From: Naegleria gruberi
Lineage: Eukaryota
Assembly: GCA_000004985.1 (NCBI GenBank)
Contig: GG738905.1
Length of the DNA stretch: 64,000 bases
Direction: 5' to 3' (one strand)
A program made the translations under genes and the position numbers. Positions within the stretch are counted from its first letter, which is position 1. Every line of letters starts with the position of its first letter. Below are positions 1 through 9,402 of this stretch, piece by piece. The notes beneath the pieces were generated by a model, which was not told the origin of the DNA, ran no database searches, and saw nothing but the letters and a program-made list of their open reading frames with translations.

Positions 1-29
1 TTCGTCTTGCCAAACTTCACATTTCTGAA

Positions 30-335
30 ATGGATGTCATTAAAAAAGAACAGCTCAATGCTTCATTCAAATCAAGCAGCAAACAGGCCACAGTAGTAGA
101 TTGGAAGAGTCAACACAATGGAATTGTTGTTCGTCTATTGCACAAGGAAGGACAAGTTGTAAAGAGTGGTCAACCTTTTTACGAATTGGAATTGAGTGAA
201 AATCAAGAAAATGAAGAAGATCCATTTTCAAAATTAACCAGACTTTGGAATAAGCTTCCTCCAGCTGCTAAATATGTGATAATATTTGCAATTATCTGTG
301 AGTCACTAGTGTACATTCGTCTATTATTCTTTTAA
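30..335 (+). CDS. hypothetical protein; possibly the terminal part of a gene starting upstream of the window
   Basis: Open frame from the window edge, 101 aa, with no recognisable motif. An acceptable codon profile is the only support. Confidence 0.2.
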   Translation: MDVIKKEQLNASFKSSSKQATVVDWKSQHNGIVVRLLHKEGQVVKSGQPFYELELSENQENEEDPFSKLTRLWNKLPPAAKYVIIFAIICESLVYIRLLFF

Positions 336-435
336 AGCTCCGTGCACCATTAATTAATCTTTTCTGACGGTTCAACCGTAGCAAAATAGCATTCAAAATA
401 AAGCCTTTCTTCCCTATCTCTTGTGTAAAATGTAG

Positions 436-1662
436 ATGATTGGTTACCACACGTATCATTACAATGCCAATGTGACGTTGAACTTTACAAAAAAAATGCA
501 ACAACAAGAAATCTTTCAAATTTTACCCAATGAATTGATCGGAGAAATTATCTGTGGCCACATTCATCATGTTGAACTAATTTTTTCGCTAAGAAATGTC
601 TGTCGCTACTGGAGAGGTATTTGTCATGAATTAATATGGGATCACTATCAAGAAACAATTTTAAATCTCAACAAGAGTTGTAAACAAGTTGAGGATTTGG
701 ATGATTTTCTAGATTCTAAAGAGGGAAGAAAATTCACCAAATATTTACTCCGAAAACAAGTTTATGAACTTGCTTGCAAATTATCAATTATTGGGTCAGG
801 AGATGGGGAAGGTAACAAGCAAATTATTGCCATGAAAGAAAAATGGGTTGATGAAGAATTGAGAATTTTAAAGGGTTACTTTGAAAGATATTCTGATTTA
901 CAAGAATCTCCAAATATTGCAATTGTGAAACCTCAACAACAACCATCATCGAAGGGCTTTTTTGGAGGGGCCTTGTCGTTTATTGGATCCTTCTTTTCAA
1001 GTAATACTCAATCAAACTCCCAATCAAATTCTCAATCAAATGCTCAATCAAATTCCCAATCAATTACCAGTAATGTTGTCAATAGTGCAACTCCAACTCA
1101 GAATTTACCTCCACCAACCCATGATTATCTCACTAAAGTACTATTGGATGGAGATTCTGGAAGTGGAAAGACTTCACTGCTCAACTGTTCCATGAATGGT
1201 TTGGTTGTGGAACAAAATGGCGCGTACTATCCTTCTATTGGCGTTGACTTTGCAATCAAAATGTTTCACTTTGGAGACACAACAAGAGTTAAACTTCAAC
1301 TGTGGGATCAATGTGGTCCAGAACGTTACAGATCTATCTCCATGTCGTTTTATAGAGGCGCTGCTACTGTTTTACTATTGCTTGATCCTAACTCTTACAA
1401 AGAATATGCCATAAAATCACTAGAGGAGAGGTTGAAATCTATCAAGAAGCATGCACCAAAGGCAGAAATAATTTTCATCACAACAAAGAAAGACAAGAAT
1501 CATGAGAGATGTATGTCAAATGAACAAGCAGATCAGTTTGCATTTGACAATTTTGGTGGAATGCATTTAGATATAACCAACACCCAATTAGAAGAACCAA
1601 AGAGAATTATTTGTTATAGCGCCTTACTCAAATATTTACTTTCCTCTAATATTTCTCCTTAA
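436..1662 (+). CDS. F-box-like N-terminus fused to a divergent Rab-like small GTPase; the likely real start is the Met at ~496 (MQQQEIF)
   Basis: N-terminal LPNELIGEIICG...VCRYWRGICHE resembles an F-box. The GTPase motifs are G1 GDSGSGKTS, G2 YYPSIGVDF, G3 WDQCGPERY (the catalytic Gln is replaced by Pro), G4 TKKD and G5 YSA. An internal SNSQSNSQSN low-complexity linker is present. Confidence 0.55.
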   Translation: MIGYHTYHYNANVTLNFTKKMQQQEIFQILPNELIGEIICGHIHHVELIFSLRNVCRYWRGICHELIWDHYQETILNLNKSCKQVEDLDDFLDSKEGRKFTKYLLRKQVYELACKLSIIGSGDGEGNKQIIAMKEKWVDEELRILKGYFERYSDLQESPNIAIVKPQQQPSSKGFFGGALSFIGSFFSSNTQSNSQSNSQSNAQSNSQSITSNVVNSATPTQNLPPPTHDYLTKVLLDGDSGSGKTSLLNCSMNGLVVEQNGAYYPSIGVDFAIKMFHFGDTTRVKLQLWDQCGPERYRSISMSFYRGAATVLLLLDPNSYKEYAIKSLEERLKSIKKHAPKAEIIFITTKKDKNHERCMSNEQADQFAFDNFGGMHLDITNTQLEEPKRIICYSALLKYLLSSNISP

Positions 1663-1934
1663 TTTGAGAGTTAATCTAAGATCTCTCAAATCCAAATTCT
1701 AATTTATTGGACTTTTTGATTTAATTGTAAAATATTTACAAGTGGAATACCAGTATCGTATCAAATGTTGAAGCTTAAAGTCGTTCAAGAACATTGTAAT
1801 CACTGTAAAACGCACCAACTGAACCATAAGGTTCATAAGTGACCTGATTTGGTCAAAAGGTTCATTGTGCGGAAATTCAAGACAAATATCACACCACAAA
1901 AAAAACCTTAATCAACAACATCTCCCCAAAAACC

Positions 1935-3259
1935 ATGGTCGAATCCGTTGCTCAACAATTAAGCACCCTCTCCATTTCAACAGGTCCTTTCCAATCCGAT
2001 GGCGAACACTACAAGTTACTTAAAAACTATGAACAAATTGATGCCCACGCAAAATCTATTCCATCCAGTGAAACATCTACCCTTACACAATTGGTAACCT
2101 ACCTCACTAAACCATTCTCTAGCATTGAGGAAAAGGCAAGATCCATCTTTGTCTGGATTTGTGAAAATGTTGTCTATGATGCTGAGAGTTTCCTCTCCAA
2201 TCAGCATGCTGTCTATGTTCCAAGTGAACACGACAAGTTCTTTAGTGAAGATGAAAAGAAGATGTACTGCCCAACTTCTCGTCTTACCTTCATTCAAAAG
2301 AAGGGTGTTTGCAGTGGTTACGCAAGACTCTTCAAGAATATGTGTATTCAATCAGGCATTCAAAAGGTATCATGTGTTGTTGGTTTTGCAAAGCTTGTTG
2401 GTTTCAATCCTTTGAATCCAGTAGATATTAAGGAATCAAACCATGAATGGAATGCTGTTGAACTTGAAGACGGATCTCTCAGATTGATTGATGCTTGTTG
2501 GGGAGCTGGTGTTTTGGGCGGATCATCATTCCAAAAGATTTTCACATCAAGATACTTCTTCATGAGCCCAAATGAAATGATTGCTTCCCACTATCCAGAA
2601 GATCCAAAATTGCAATTAATTTCACCACCTGTTAGTCCTGATGATTTCGTTAATAGAGTTCGTATCAGTACTCATGGATTTGCGGATGGAATTAGCACTA
2701 TCACTCATAATGAAGCTTGCATTGTATTGACAGAATCAAATATTGCTGACATTGTCATTCAATGCGATGAGAATGGATTCCAAGTGTTGCTGATTTGTCA
2801 ACTGGTGAAGAACTTAAAGCTGCCTCTGCTCGTGTTGATGGTCACAATATTATTATCAGTGTTTGTGTTCCACAACCTGGTGTTATTTACCAACTTTCCA
2901 TTTTTGCAGGTGTTAGAAAGTGTGAAGAAATGTTGACTTATTTCGTTAGAGTTGAAGGTGGAGCTAATATTGAGGAAGTTTCCTATCCATCTGAATACGG
3001 CTCTTGGAAGACCTATGCTGGTGAATTAATTTCACCAAAAACTGGTAAAATGAAAGTTGGCACAACCTATTCATTCAAGATTCAATTCCCAGCTGATAAA
3101 ATGGTTGCCATGGTAATGATACCACCAAGTGATCAACTTGTTTCTAAGGGAAATGGTTTGTTTGAAGGTGAATACACCCCAACAGCCCCAGGAAAAGTCA
3201 ATCTTGTTGGTGGTTCTGGATCTAGACTTGAAGGACTATTGGCTTTCGATGTTGTATAA
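1935..3259 (+). pseudogene. transglutaminase-like / KY (kyphoscoliosis peptidase)-type cysteine peptidase domain protein, interrupted by an apparent 1-nt frameshift near 2770-2795
   Basis: ORF 1935..2936 carries the transglutaminase-like core (KKGVCSGYARLFKNMCIQSGI ... NHEWNAVEL ... RLIDACWGAG; Cys-His-Asp). The protein clearly continues in another frame as ORF 2795..3259 (EELKAASARVDGHNIIISVCVPQPG...). No GT..AG intron of plausible size bridges the two. Confidence 0.5.
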
Positions 3260-3319
3260 TGTAATTGTAATAAAACCAACTTTTACATTAACAATCATAT
3301 CACTAACTTTTCAAAGATC

Positions 3320-4640
3320 GTAAATCATGCAAGAACCAGTTCTTTGAGATTGAGAATATTGTATTGACAGAATCAAGTACGAAATTATGATAATAGTATT
3401 GGAAAGATGAGTTGATATTTGAATAGTAAATTGAAGTTTAGTTAGGGAAATCAGTTTTCTATCCAAGTTTGGAACCTTACATCCAACTTTTTTGAGCTTG
3501 TTCCAAATGAAAAACTATTCGAAATGGTTTAAATTAGCACCATGGATTGAACTATTCCATCCAACAAAAACAAAAAATGAAAGCAAATCTAATCTTTTCA
3601 ATTGCACTTCTACTTTTACTTGCAGTCCTCTCAGTTCAAGCAAATGACAGCTATCAAGCCAAACCTCCAGTCGTCGTTGTTGACAAGTATCACAAGCCAA
3701 AGCATTGTAAGAGAAAATGCTTAAAGCATAAGTGGATTAAGAAGTGTTTAAAACACAAACTCGTTGGTCAAAAGAAAGTCTGTGATCAATATGCCATTGT
3801 CGGAGCTGGTAAATGTCTTAAACATAAGAAATATTCCAAATGTGACAAGTATAGCAAGCCAACAAAGAAGTGTGTCTTGCATGCATACAAGATTGTTGGT
3901 TGTGCCAAGAAGAAGTACTGGAAAGTTTGTGATTCTTATGGAACAAAGAAGATTTGCATCAAGAAGGGTTACAAGAAATACTGTGCCAAACATAAGATTA
4001 TTAACAAGTGTTTCAAGAAGGGTGTTAAGAAGGTCTGTAAGAAATTCAAGAAGGTTCCAATCAAGAAATGTGAAAAGAAGAAGGTTTGCGACAAGTACAC
4101 TGTTGATTCCTACAATAAGAAGGTTTCCAAATGTAGATATGTTAAAAAATGTAAGATTGTTTCATGGGCAAAGAAATGTGCCAAGTATAAGAAGGTTAAA
4201 TATTGTAAGGAAAGAAAATCAGTTAAGAAATGTTGTCTCATTAAGAAGAAATACTGTGCCAAACATAAGACTATCAAGTTCTGTAAGCACAAGAAGATTC
4301 TTTCTAAATGTGTCAAATATCAAAAGAAGAAATATTGTGCCAAGACAATTGTCATTCCTCCAAGATGTATCAAGAAGAAGTATTATAAGAAGTGTTTGAA
4401 ACGTTCAAAGGGAAAGAAGATTTGTAAGAAATTTAAATTAGTTGGTGGAAAGAAGAAGTGTTGCAAGTCAATCAAAAAGAAGATTTGTATCAAGAGAAAG
4501 ACATGTAAGAAGTCATCAAAGCCAATCATCAAACCATCTTTGTAAATGATTATTTTCAAATGTTTCTAATACCTTAATAAAGCCAGAACCATTCTGCAAA
4601 CTCTTATTGCAAACAAATTTCAAGAAATGTTGGAAATCCT
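3320..4640. repeat. left arm of a ~1.3-kb inverted duplication; its partner is at ~41540..42905
   Basis: The reverse complement of 41540..42905 matches this segment. The match covers the gene and ~200 bp of flanks on each side, with a few indels in the flanks. Confidence 0.8.
3577..4545 (+). CDS. secreted, extremely Lys/Cys-rich basic protein (copy 1); the ORF is open from 3547
   Basis: A signal-peptide-like MKANLIFSIALLLLLAVLSVQA is followed by ~310 aa with about 30% Lys and ~38 regularly spaced Cys (KKC/CxK periodicity). A near-identical copy lies inverted at 41629..42600. Confidence 0.6.
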   Translation: MKANLIFSIALLLLLAVLSVQANDSYQAKPPVVVVDKYHKPKHCKRKCLKHKWIKKCLKHKLVGQKKVCDQYAIVGAGKCLKHKKYSKCDKYSKPTKKCVLHAYKIVGCAKKKYWKVCDSYGTKKICIKKGYKKYCAKHKIINKCFKKGVKKVCKKFKKVPIKKCEKKKVCDKYTVDSYNKKVSKCRYVKKCKIVSWAKKCAKYKKVKYCKERKSVKKCCLIKKKYCAKHKTIKFCKHKKILSKCVKYQKKKYCAKTIVIPPRCIKKKYYKKCLKRSKGKKICKKFKLVGGKKKCCKSIKKKICIKRKTCKKSSKPIIKPSL

Positions 4641-4750
4641 ATAGAAGTGAGTTCATTTGGAACAAGCTTCAATTAAACAATTTAAAATCAATTGTATAAG
4701 ATTAAGGTACTATTTTCATTATTAAGGTACTATTTTTACTATGAATGAGA

Positions 4751-4822
4751 TCCCGTGTAGTCCAATGGCTAGGATACCTGGCTTTCACCCAGGAGGTCCG
4801 GGTTCAATTCCCGGCATGGGAG
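4751..4822 (+). tRNA. tRNA-Glu (anticodon UUC)
   Basis: TCCCGTGTAGTCCAATGGCTAGGATACCTGGCTTTCACCCAGGAGGTCCGGGTTCAATTCCCGGCATGGGAG folds as a cloverleaf, with a 7-bp acceptor stem, a GGTTCAATTCC T-loop and anticodon TTC. A downstream TTTT run follows. Confidence 0.9.
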
Positions 4823-5324
4823 GGTCCTTTTGCATATCTTTTTACCAGGCAAGGAATGTAAAACAGTTAAATTTTGAAGTAAACTTCTTGATACAAGTAA
4901 TATTTTCAATGTACCAACCTTCTCATCTTTACTCTCAATGAGCCTAACACCAAGTCTTTCACTTGCCCAATTGAATGCAAGCCTCACACAAAGAAAACTT
5001 GCTTCTCCTCCATGAATGGCCTATCAAAAGTACATACTTATCCTTCAAAGCATGGAAAATTAATTATGGAGACGGGAGCTTGGACCTTCACGTGATACGT
5101 GATGGTGGTTGCTGCCACTAAAACAATTCAAAGGGAGCCTACTTTGATTTTTCACAGTATTTTAACACTTCTTTGATTGAATTGTAACAGTATGTAAATA
5201 AATTAAATTAATCCTAAAAACATAAAATTTTTATGATTTCTTATGAAATGTTAAATGTTAATAGTAAGAACCAGAGTGTGACCAGAAAATATAATATCTT
5301 AGTGGTTGTTATTGTCACATTTCA

Positions 5325-5402
5325 ATTATTATTTTGGACGGGAAGCCTGCCAGGAATATGGCAACAATCCCGCTACAGTCTTTGACTGTATGAACAGTGA
5401 AG
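5325..5402 (+). repeat. conserved ~75-bp element R2, copy A; the second copy is at 41178..41253
   Basis: GACGGGAAGCCTGCCAGGAATATGGCAACAATCCCGCTACAGTCTTTGACTGTATGAAC is ~90% identical between the copies. It contains an ACAGTC-TTT-GACTGT hairpin and resembles the 3' part of 5S rRNA (GGGA..CC.GCC.GGAATA...GCT..AG.CTTT). Both copies sit near tRNA-Glu genes. Confidence 0.5.
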
Positions 5403-5579
5403 GCAACTAATCTATTGATTGTTGGTTCAGTAAGTTATTGTTTAGAAAAGCTTGCTACGTGACCATCTATTTATCACCTTTAAATTTGATCTAATTAGAA
5501 AGAAACTTGTGGTTGATCAATAAACGATAAAATTTCGAATTTGAGTCTTCAAATATTGAAATAGTGTTCAAGATTAAAA

Positions 5580-5664
5580 GACTCAGCACCACAGGTTCCC
5601 AAGTTGTCTCCAACCTCAGTACTGATGTGGCTCGACGATGCTTAACTTCTCAAATCGGACGGGA
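5580..5664 (-). ncRNA. 5S rRNA-related sequence, 5'-truncated copy A (pseudogene or 5S-derived element)
   Basis: On the minus strand, GAAGTTAAGCATCGTCGAGCCACATCAGTACTGAGGTTGGAGACAACTTGGGAACCTGTGGTGCTGAGTCTTTT aligns without gaps to the last 74 nt of eukaryotic 5S rRNA at ~68% identity. This covers the loop E AGTACT, GGAGAC, TGGGAA and GGTGCTG segments and ends in a T-run. The 5' ~35 nt of a real 5S (GCCxACGGCCATACC...) are absent. Confidence 0.55.
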
Positions 5665-5784
5665 TGAGGTGCACTAAATTTATTAATAGAAACATGTCAT
5701 TCCAAAATTGTAAAATGATTAGCAAATCTAGGTTTCGATATTTTGAGGAAGGGGAAGTCTATTGAAACTTTATAATCTTGCTTA

Positions 5785-6264
5785 TTACTTGTTGTAAATA
5801 TTTTGTAAACACTTAATTCCATACTCAAATATTCCTTCAATAGCTTGTTGCCATTTCTTTCCTTCACCATGAGGACATGTAAATTCTGCCTTCCATTCCA
5901 ATAATGTGTTATCGAGCTTATCTGTTCCATTTGTAGTGATTGACTTTACTGAAATAGTTGCAAAGTAATCATTATTATATCCCTCCCATGGGATACCATC
6001 AACTAGAGAGTAGGTGTATGAAGAATTACGTAAATCCATGGCAATTAATCTTTCACGTTGAACAATACCATTTTTCATGGTGAGCTTTCGAATACCTCCA
6101 ACAGTATTATCCGATTGATTATTGTCCATTTCACTGCTGGCAACAGTATCATACCAAGTTGGTAAACCATTGAAAGAACCAATCAGTGACCAAACGGTTG
6201 ATGCACTAACATTTGGAATAACTCCACTCACATACACGTTAACAGTTTCGAATGCTCTTGACAT
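5785..6264 (-). CDS. SRPBCC / Bet v1-like (polyketide cyclase-dehydrase family) small protein
   Basis: 159 aa with the pattern typical of PF10604-type proteins (W..IG.F..LP.W...V.S.E ... GGIR.L....G..V.ERL...D.....Y.Y.L.DG.P...Y.....V.). Confidence 0.4.
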   Translation of the reverse strand: MSRAFETVNVYVSGVIPNVSASTVWSLIGSFNGLPTWYDTVASSEMDNNQSDNTVGGIRKLTMKNGIVQRERLIAMDLRNSSYTYSLVDGIPWEGYNNDYFATISVKSITTNGTDKLDNTLLEWKAEFTCPHGEGKKWQQAIEGIFEYGIKCLQNIYNK

Positions 6265-6483
6265 TTTTTCTTATTCTAATCTGTTGAATGAATTTCCCCT
6301 TTTTTTAACGAATCGTGTAAGAATTTTTTGTGCGTACTCGCAAATTAAAAAAGCACTATTTTTAATAAGCATAATTTTTTAGCTTATCCACACACACGTA
6401 CTAATCATAAGTATGAAAAAGTTATTTATATTATTTAGGAAAGTGAACCGTCAAACAAAACAAACAAAAAAAAACAAAGCACA

Positions 6484-7449
6484 ATGTCAAGCGAAATCAC
6501 AACATCAAATAACAAGAGCAGTATTCTTATTACTGGAGCAACAGGAACAATTGGAAAGCATTTATTGAAGTCACTTTCTGAACAGAAATCATTTGGTCAA
6601 TCAGTGAAGGTTTTGGTGAGGAATATTGAAAAGGCAAAACAAGAACTTGCAAATTATGTAAATAATCTTGATGTAGAATATATTCAAGGTGACTTGAATC
6701 AATTCGAATTAATTCCATCGAGTATTTTTGAAAAGATTGAAAGGGTTTTCGTTTTAACAGTGAGCGAACCAAATCAACCAAAAGTGGAAGAACAATTAAT
6801 TAACAAGATTCTTGAATATTCAAAGGATGATTTGAAACAAGTGATAAGATTATCTGGATTGGGAGCTTCAACAACCATTGAATCGAATAGTTTATTCAGA
6901 TATCATGGCGATTCTGAAGTTGTAATTGGTAATTTACTTTCAAATAAGGCACCAAGCGTTTCCTACGTAATTTTAAGACCTAATCTATTCATGCAAAACT
7001 TCCTTAGAGATGACATTCATTCAATCAAAAACTCATCTCAATTCTTCAAACCAAGAAACGATCATGGAATTCCATATCACATTAGTCATGTTGATGTTAG
7101 AGATATTGCCGATATGGCAGCTCAAATTCTCATTGAAAATCCAAATATTCATGGAGGACAAGTTTACAATATAACTGGACCTCAATCTTTGAATTATGAT
7201 CAAGTAGCTGAGATTATTTCCAAAGTTATTGGCAGACAAATTACTTGGACTAAAATTGATGAAATTGAGTTGGCTAATCAATTAAGCCAATTACCAAAGT
7301 TTTTAGTTATTGGGCTGGTGAGATTATTCCAATTTTACAAATTGAATGGAACCTCTGCTAATGTACATGCAGATTTTGAGATTGTCACTGGAAAGAAACC
7401 AAGATCTTTGGAACAATTCATTCAAGAAAATAAACACCATTTTGAATAA
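6484..7449 (+). CDS. NmrA-like / atypical SDR NAD(P)-binding protein
   Basis: An N-terminal Rossmann motif ILITGATGTIGKHLLKSL sits in a 321-aa protein with an NmrA/isoflavone-reductase-like layout. Confidence 0.55.
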   Translation: MSSEITTSNNKSSILITGATGTIGKHLLKSLSEQKSFGQSVKVLVRNIEKAKQELANYVNNLDVEYIQGDLNQFELIPSSIFEKIERVFVLTVSEPNQPKVEEQLINKILEYSKDDLKQVIRLSGLGASTTIESNSLFRYHGDSEVVIGNLLSNKAPSVSYVILRPNLFMQNFLRDDIHSIKNSSQFFKPRNDHGIPYHISHVDVRDIADMAAQILIENPNIHGGQVYNITGPQSLNYDQVAEIISKVIGRQITWTKIDEIELANQLSQLPKFLVIGLVRLFQFYKLNGTSANVHADFEIVTGKKPRSLEQFIQENKHHFE

Positions 7450-7510
7450 TGTTCAATCCACAATTAACAAACAACCTCCAAAAAATTGCTCTTATCCATG
7501 AACTAAAATT

Positions 7511-7583
7511 TGCCGACACCAGGGATCGAACCAGGGACCTTAAGATCTTCAGTCTTACGCTCTCCCAACTGAGCTATGTCGGC
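7511..7583 (-). tRNA. tRNA-Phe (anticodon GAA)
   Basis: The minus strand reads GCCGACATAGCTCAGTTGGGAGAGCGTAAGACTGAAGATCTTAAGGTCCCTGGTTCGATCCCTGGTGTCGGCA, a canonical tRNA-Phe. Confidence 0.9.
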
Positions 7584-7833
7584 TTCTTGTTCTTGATGAA
7601 TGGCGTTAAGTTTTGTGGGAAATAACAATTCGATTTGAGGTAAATTTTTGGTTAAAAATATCCTGATATTTACCGCCAAAAAAAAATCCACTTTTACGAA
7701 GCAAAAAAAATGCCAGAAATTCGTTGATAATCCACTTGTTGGTGGAAAGCATATTCTTCTTTAAATAACTCACAGCGTTATTGATGGAATTTTCCAACAA
7801 CAAAAAACAACAATAATAACAATAATAACAGAA

Positions 7834-9402
7834 ATGTCAAGCAGTAGACCAACAAGAGAAAGAAGATTACCAATTCATTTGGAAGATTATATCGTTGGTG
7901 AATTAGATTTACGAAAGAATTATGAAAAGGAAGAAAAGAAGAAACAAAAATTATTATTAAAGAAGAAGGCTGAAATTTCAAAGAAGGAACAAGCTGAAAA
8001 GAGAAAGAAAGAAGCCATAGAAGCAACAAAGAAAAAGAAGGAAGCTGTTAAAAAATCTATTAGAAAAAAGCCATCTTCATCATATTATACTTCATCTTCA
8101 ACAACAATTTCTAAAAGATCTTCATCTGCAATTACACCATATACAGATTATACTAATCCAAAATTTAAAGTTTTTACATCAACATCTGAAGCTAGAAACA
8201 AATTAATTGAAAAAACACCTGGTAATAAGATTTTAAAAGGGTCAGATGATGCTTCTAAATGGTCAATGTCAAAATTAGATACATCTATCAGATACAAATC
8301 ACTTAATATTTCAGATATTTTAAGTGGATGTTATTATGTACCTGGTAATAATCACAAATTAGATACAACTGGTAGTGATAGAGTACCTGCAGTTCAAATT
8401 TGTTTTTCATTTGATACAACTGGTTCAATGTCTTCATATTTAAATAATTTGAAATTTAAATTACAAACAATATGTCAACAATTAATGAATGATGTTAGAG
8501 GTTTAGAAATTGCAATTATTGCACATGGTGATTATGAAGATTCTAAAGATAATGGTTCATATTGTTTATACAAATTAGATTTTACAACAGATATTGAACA
8601 AATTATTTCATTTGTTCAATCAATTAATTCAACAAGTGGTTATGATGGTGATGAATGTTATGAAGCTGTTTTATTAGAAGCTCAATCTTTATCTTGGGTT
8701 AATGTTGAAAATACATTTACAAATAGATCACTTGTTGTAATTGGTGATGCTGATCCTCACAAATCAACTGAATGGTTTAATATTGATTGGAAACAAGAAA
8801 CAAGTAATTTATTTGATAATCATCATGTTAAAATTCATAGTGTTAGATGTGGTTCATCTTCATGGTCAACAAAAGATTTTTACAAAACAATTTCAGAAGA
8901 AACAGGTGGATCTGAATATTTATTAGATACATTTGAAAAAACAATTGAAATGTTTTGTGGATTAATTTATAGAGAAGCTGCTGATAATATTATGATGAAT
9001 GATACAACAATGCAAGCACATATTGATGGAGCAGTTTCAGGTGAAGTTACAATTGTTAAACCAACAATGTCTTCAAGTGATAAGATGATTGATGATGGTG
9101 AAAAGAGTGATGATATTACATCATTAGGTTCATATATTGTTACAGATGATGATATTTTAAAGATTCACACTGCAATTCATAGTACTTGTACAGAAGTTAA
9201 AATTAATGGTATTGAATTTGCAATTCAAATGAATGAAAGTTCATGTAGATTTGTAAGAGTTGATGGAGTTGTCTATATTGAACAAAATAAGGAAAAGAAG
9301 ACTAAGTATGCCAAGATGGCTTTAGAAGGAAAGAAATTAACTTGGATTTGTCATGCTGGTAATTGGGGTCTTATCATTGATGATAAAATTGAAAAGAGAT
9401 AG
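7834..9402 (+). CDS. von Willebrand factor A (vWA) domain protein with a Lys/Glu-rich N-terminal region
   Basis: MIDAS-like ICFSFDTTGSM is followed by IIAHGDY and LVVIGDADPH, typical of a vWA fold. The N-terminal ~80 aa are KKKEAxxKK low complexity. Confidence 0.5.
   Translation: MSSSRPTRERRLPIHLEDYIVGELDLRKNYEKEEKKKQKLLLKKKAEISKKEQAEKRKKEAIEATKKKKEAVKKSIRKKPSSSYYTSSSTTISKRSSSAITPYTDYTNPKFKVFTSTSEARNKLIEKTPGNKILKGSDDASKWSMSKLDTSIRYKSLNISDILSGCYYVPGNNHKLDTTGSDRVPAVQICFSFDTTGSMSSYLNNLKFKLQTICQQLMNDVRGLEIAIIAHGDYEDSKDNGSYCLYKLDFTTDIEQIISFVQSINSTSGYDGDECYEAVLLEAQSLSWVNVENTFTNRSLVVIGDADPHKSTEWFNIDWKQETSNLFDNHHVKIHSVRCGSSSWSTKDFYKTISEETGGSEYLLDTFEKTIEMFCGLIYREAADNIMMNDTTMQAHIDGAVSGEVTIVKPTMSSSDKMIDDGEKSDDITSLGSYIVTDDDILKIHTAIHSTCTEVKINGIEFAIQMNESSCRFVRVDGVVYIEQNKEKKTKYAKMALEGKKLTWICHAGNWGLIIDDKIEKR

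Noticed and set aside
2770-2800. Micro-intron (27 bp, GTGTTG..GAAG) as an explanation for the KY-gene frame change
   Set aside because: It is shorter than every supported intron in the window, where the minimum is 41 bp. It also does not restore the downstream frame, since the phase is mismatched. A 1-nt indel is the simpler explanation.
3764-4399. Arg-rich 211-aa ORF (and several 60-80-aa antisense ORFs) overlapping the Lys/Cys-rich gene; the same set mirrors at 41775..42413
   Set aside because: These are alternative-frame read-through of the AAG/AAA/TGT-rich coding sequence. They have no independent start context, and the same artefact appears in the inverted copy. They are by-products of the codon composition.
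5580-5664. Full-length functional 5S rRNA gene
   Set aside because: The 5' ~35 nt, including the universally conserved helix I 5' strand and the GGCCATACC region, are absent in both copies. Upstream sequence is AT-rich and differs between copies. I call it 5S-related or truncated instead.
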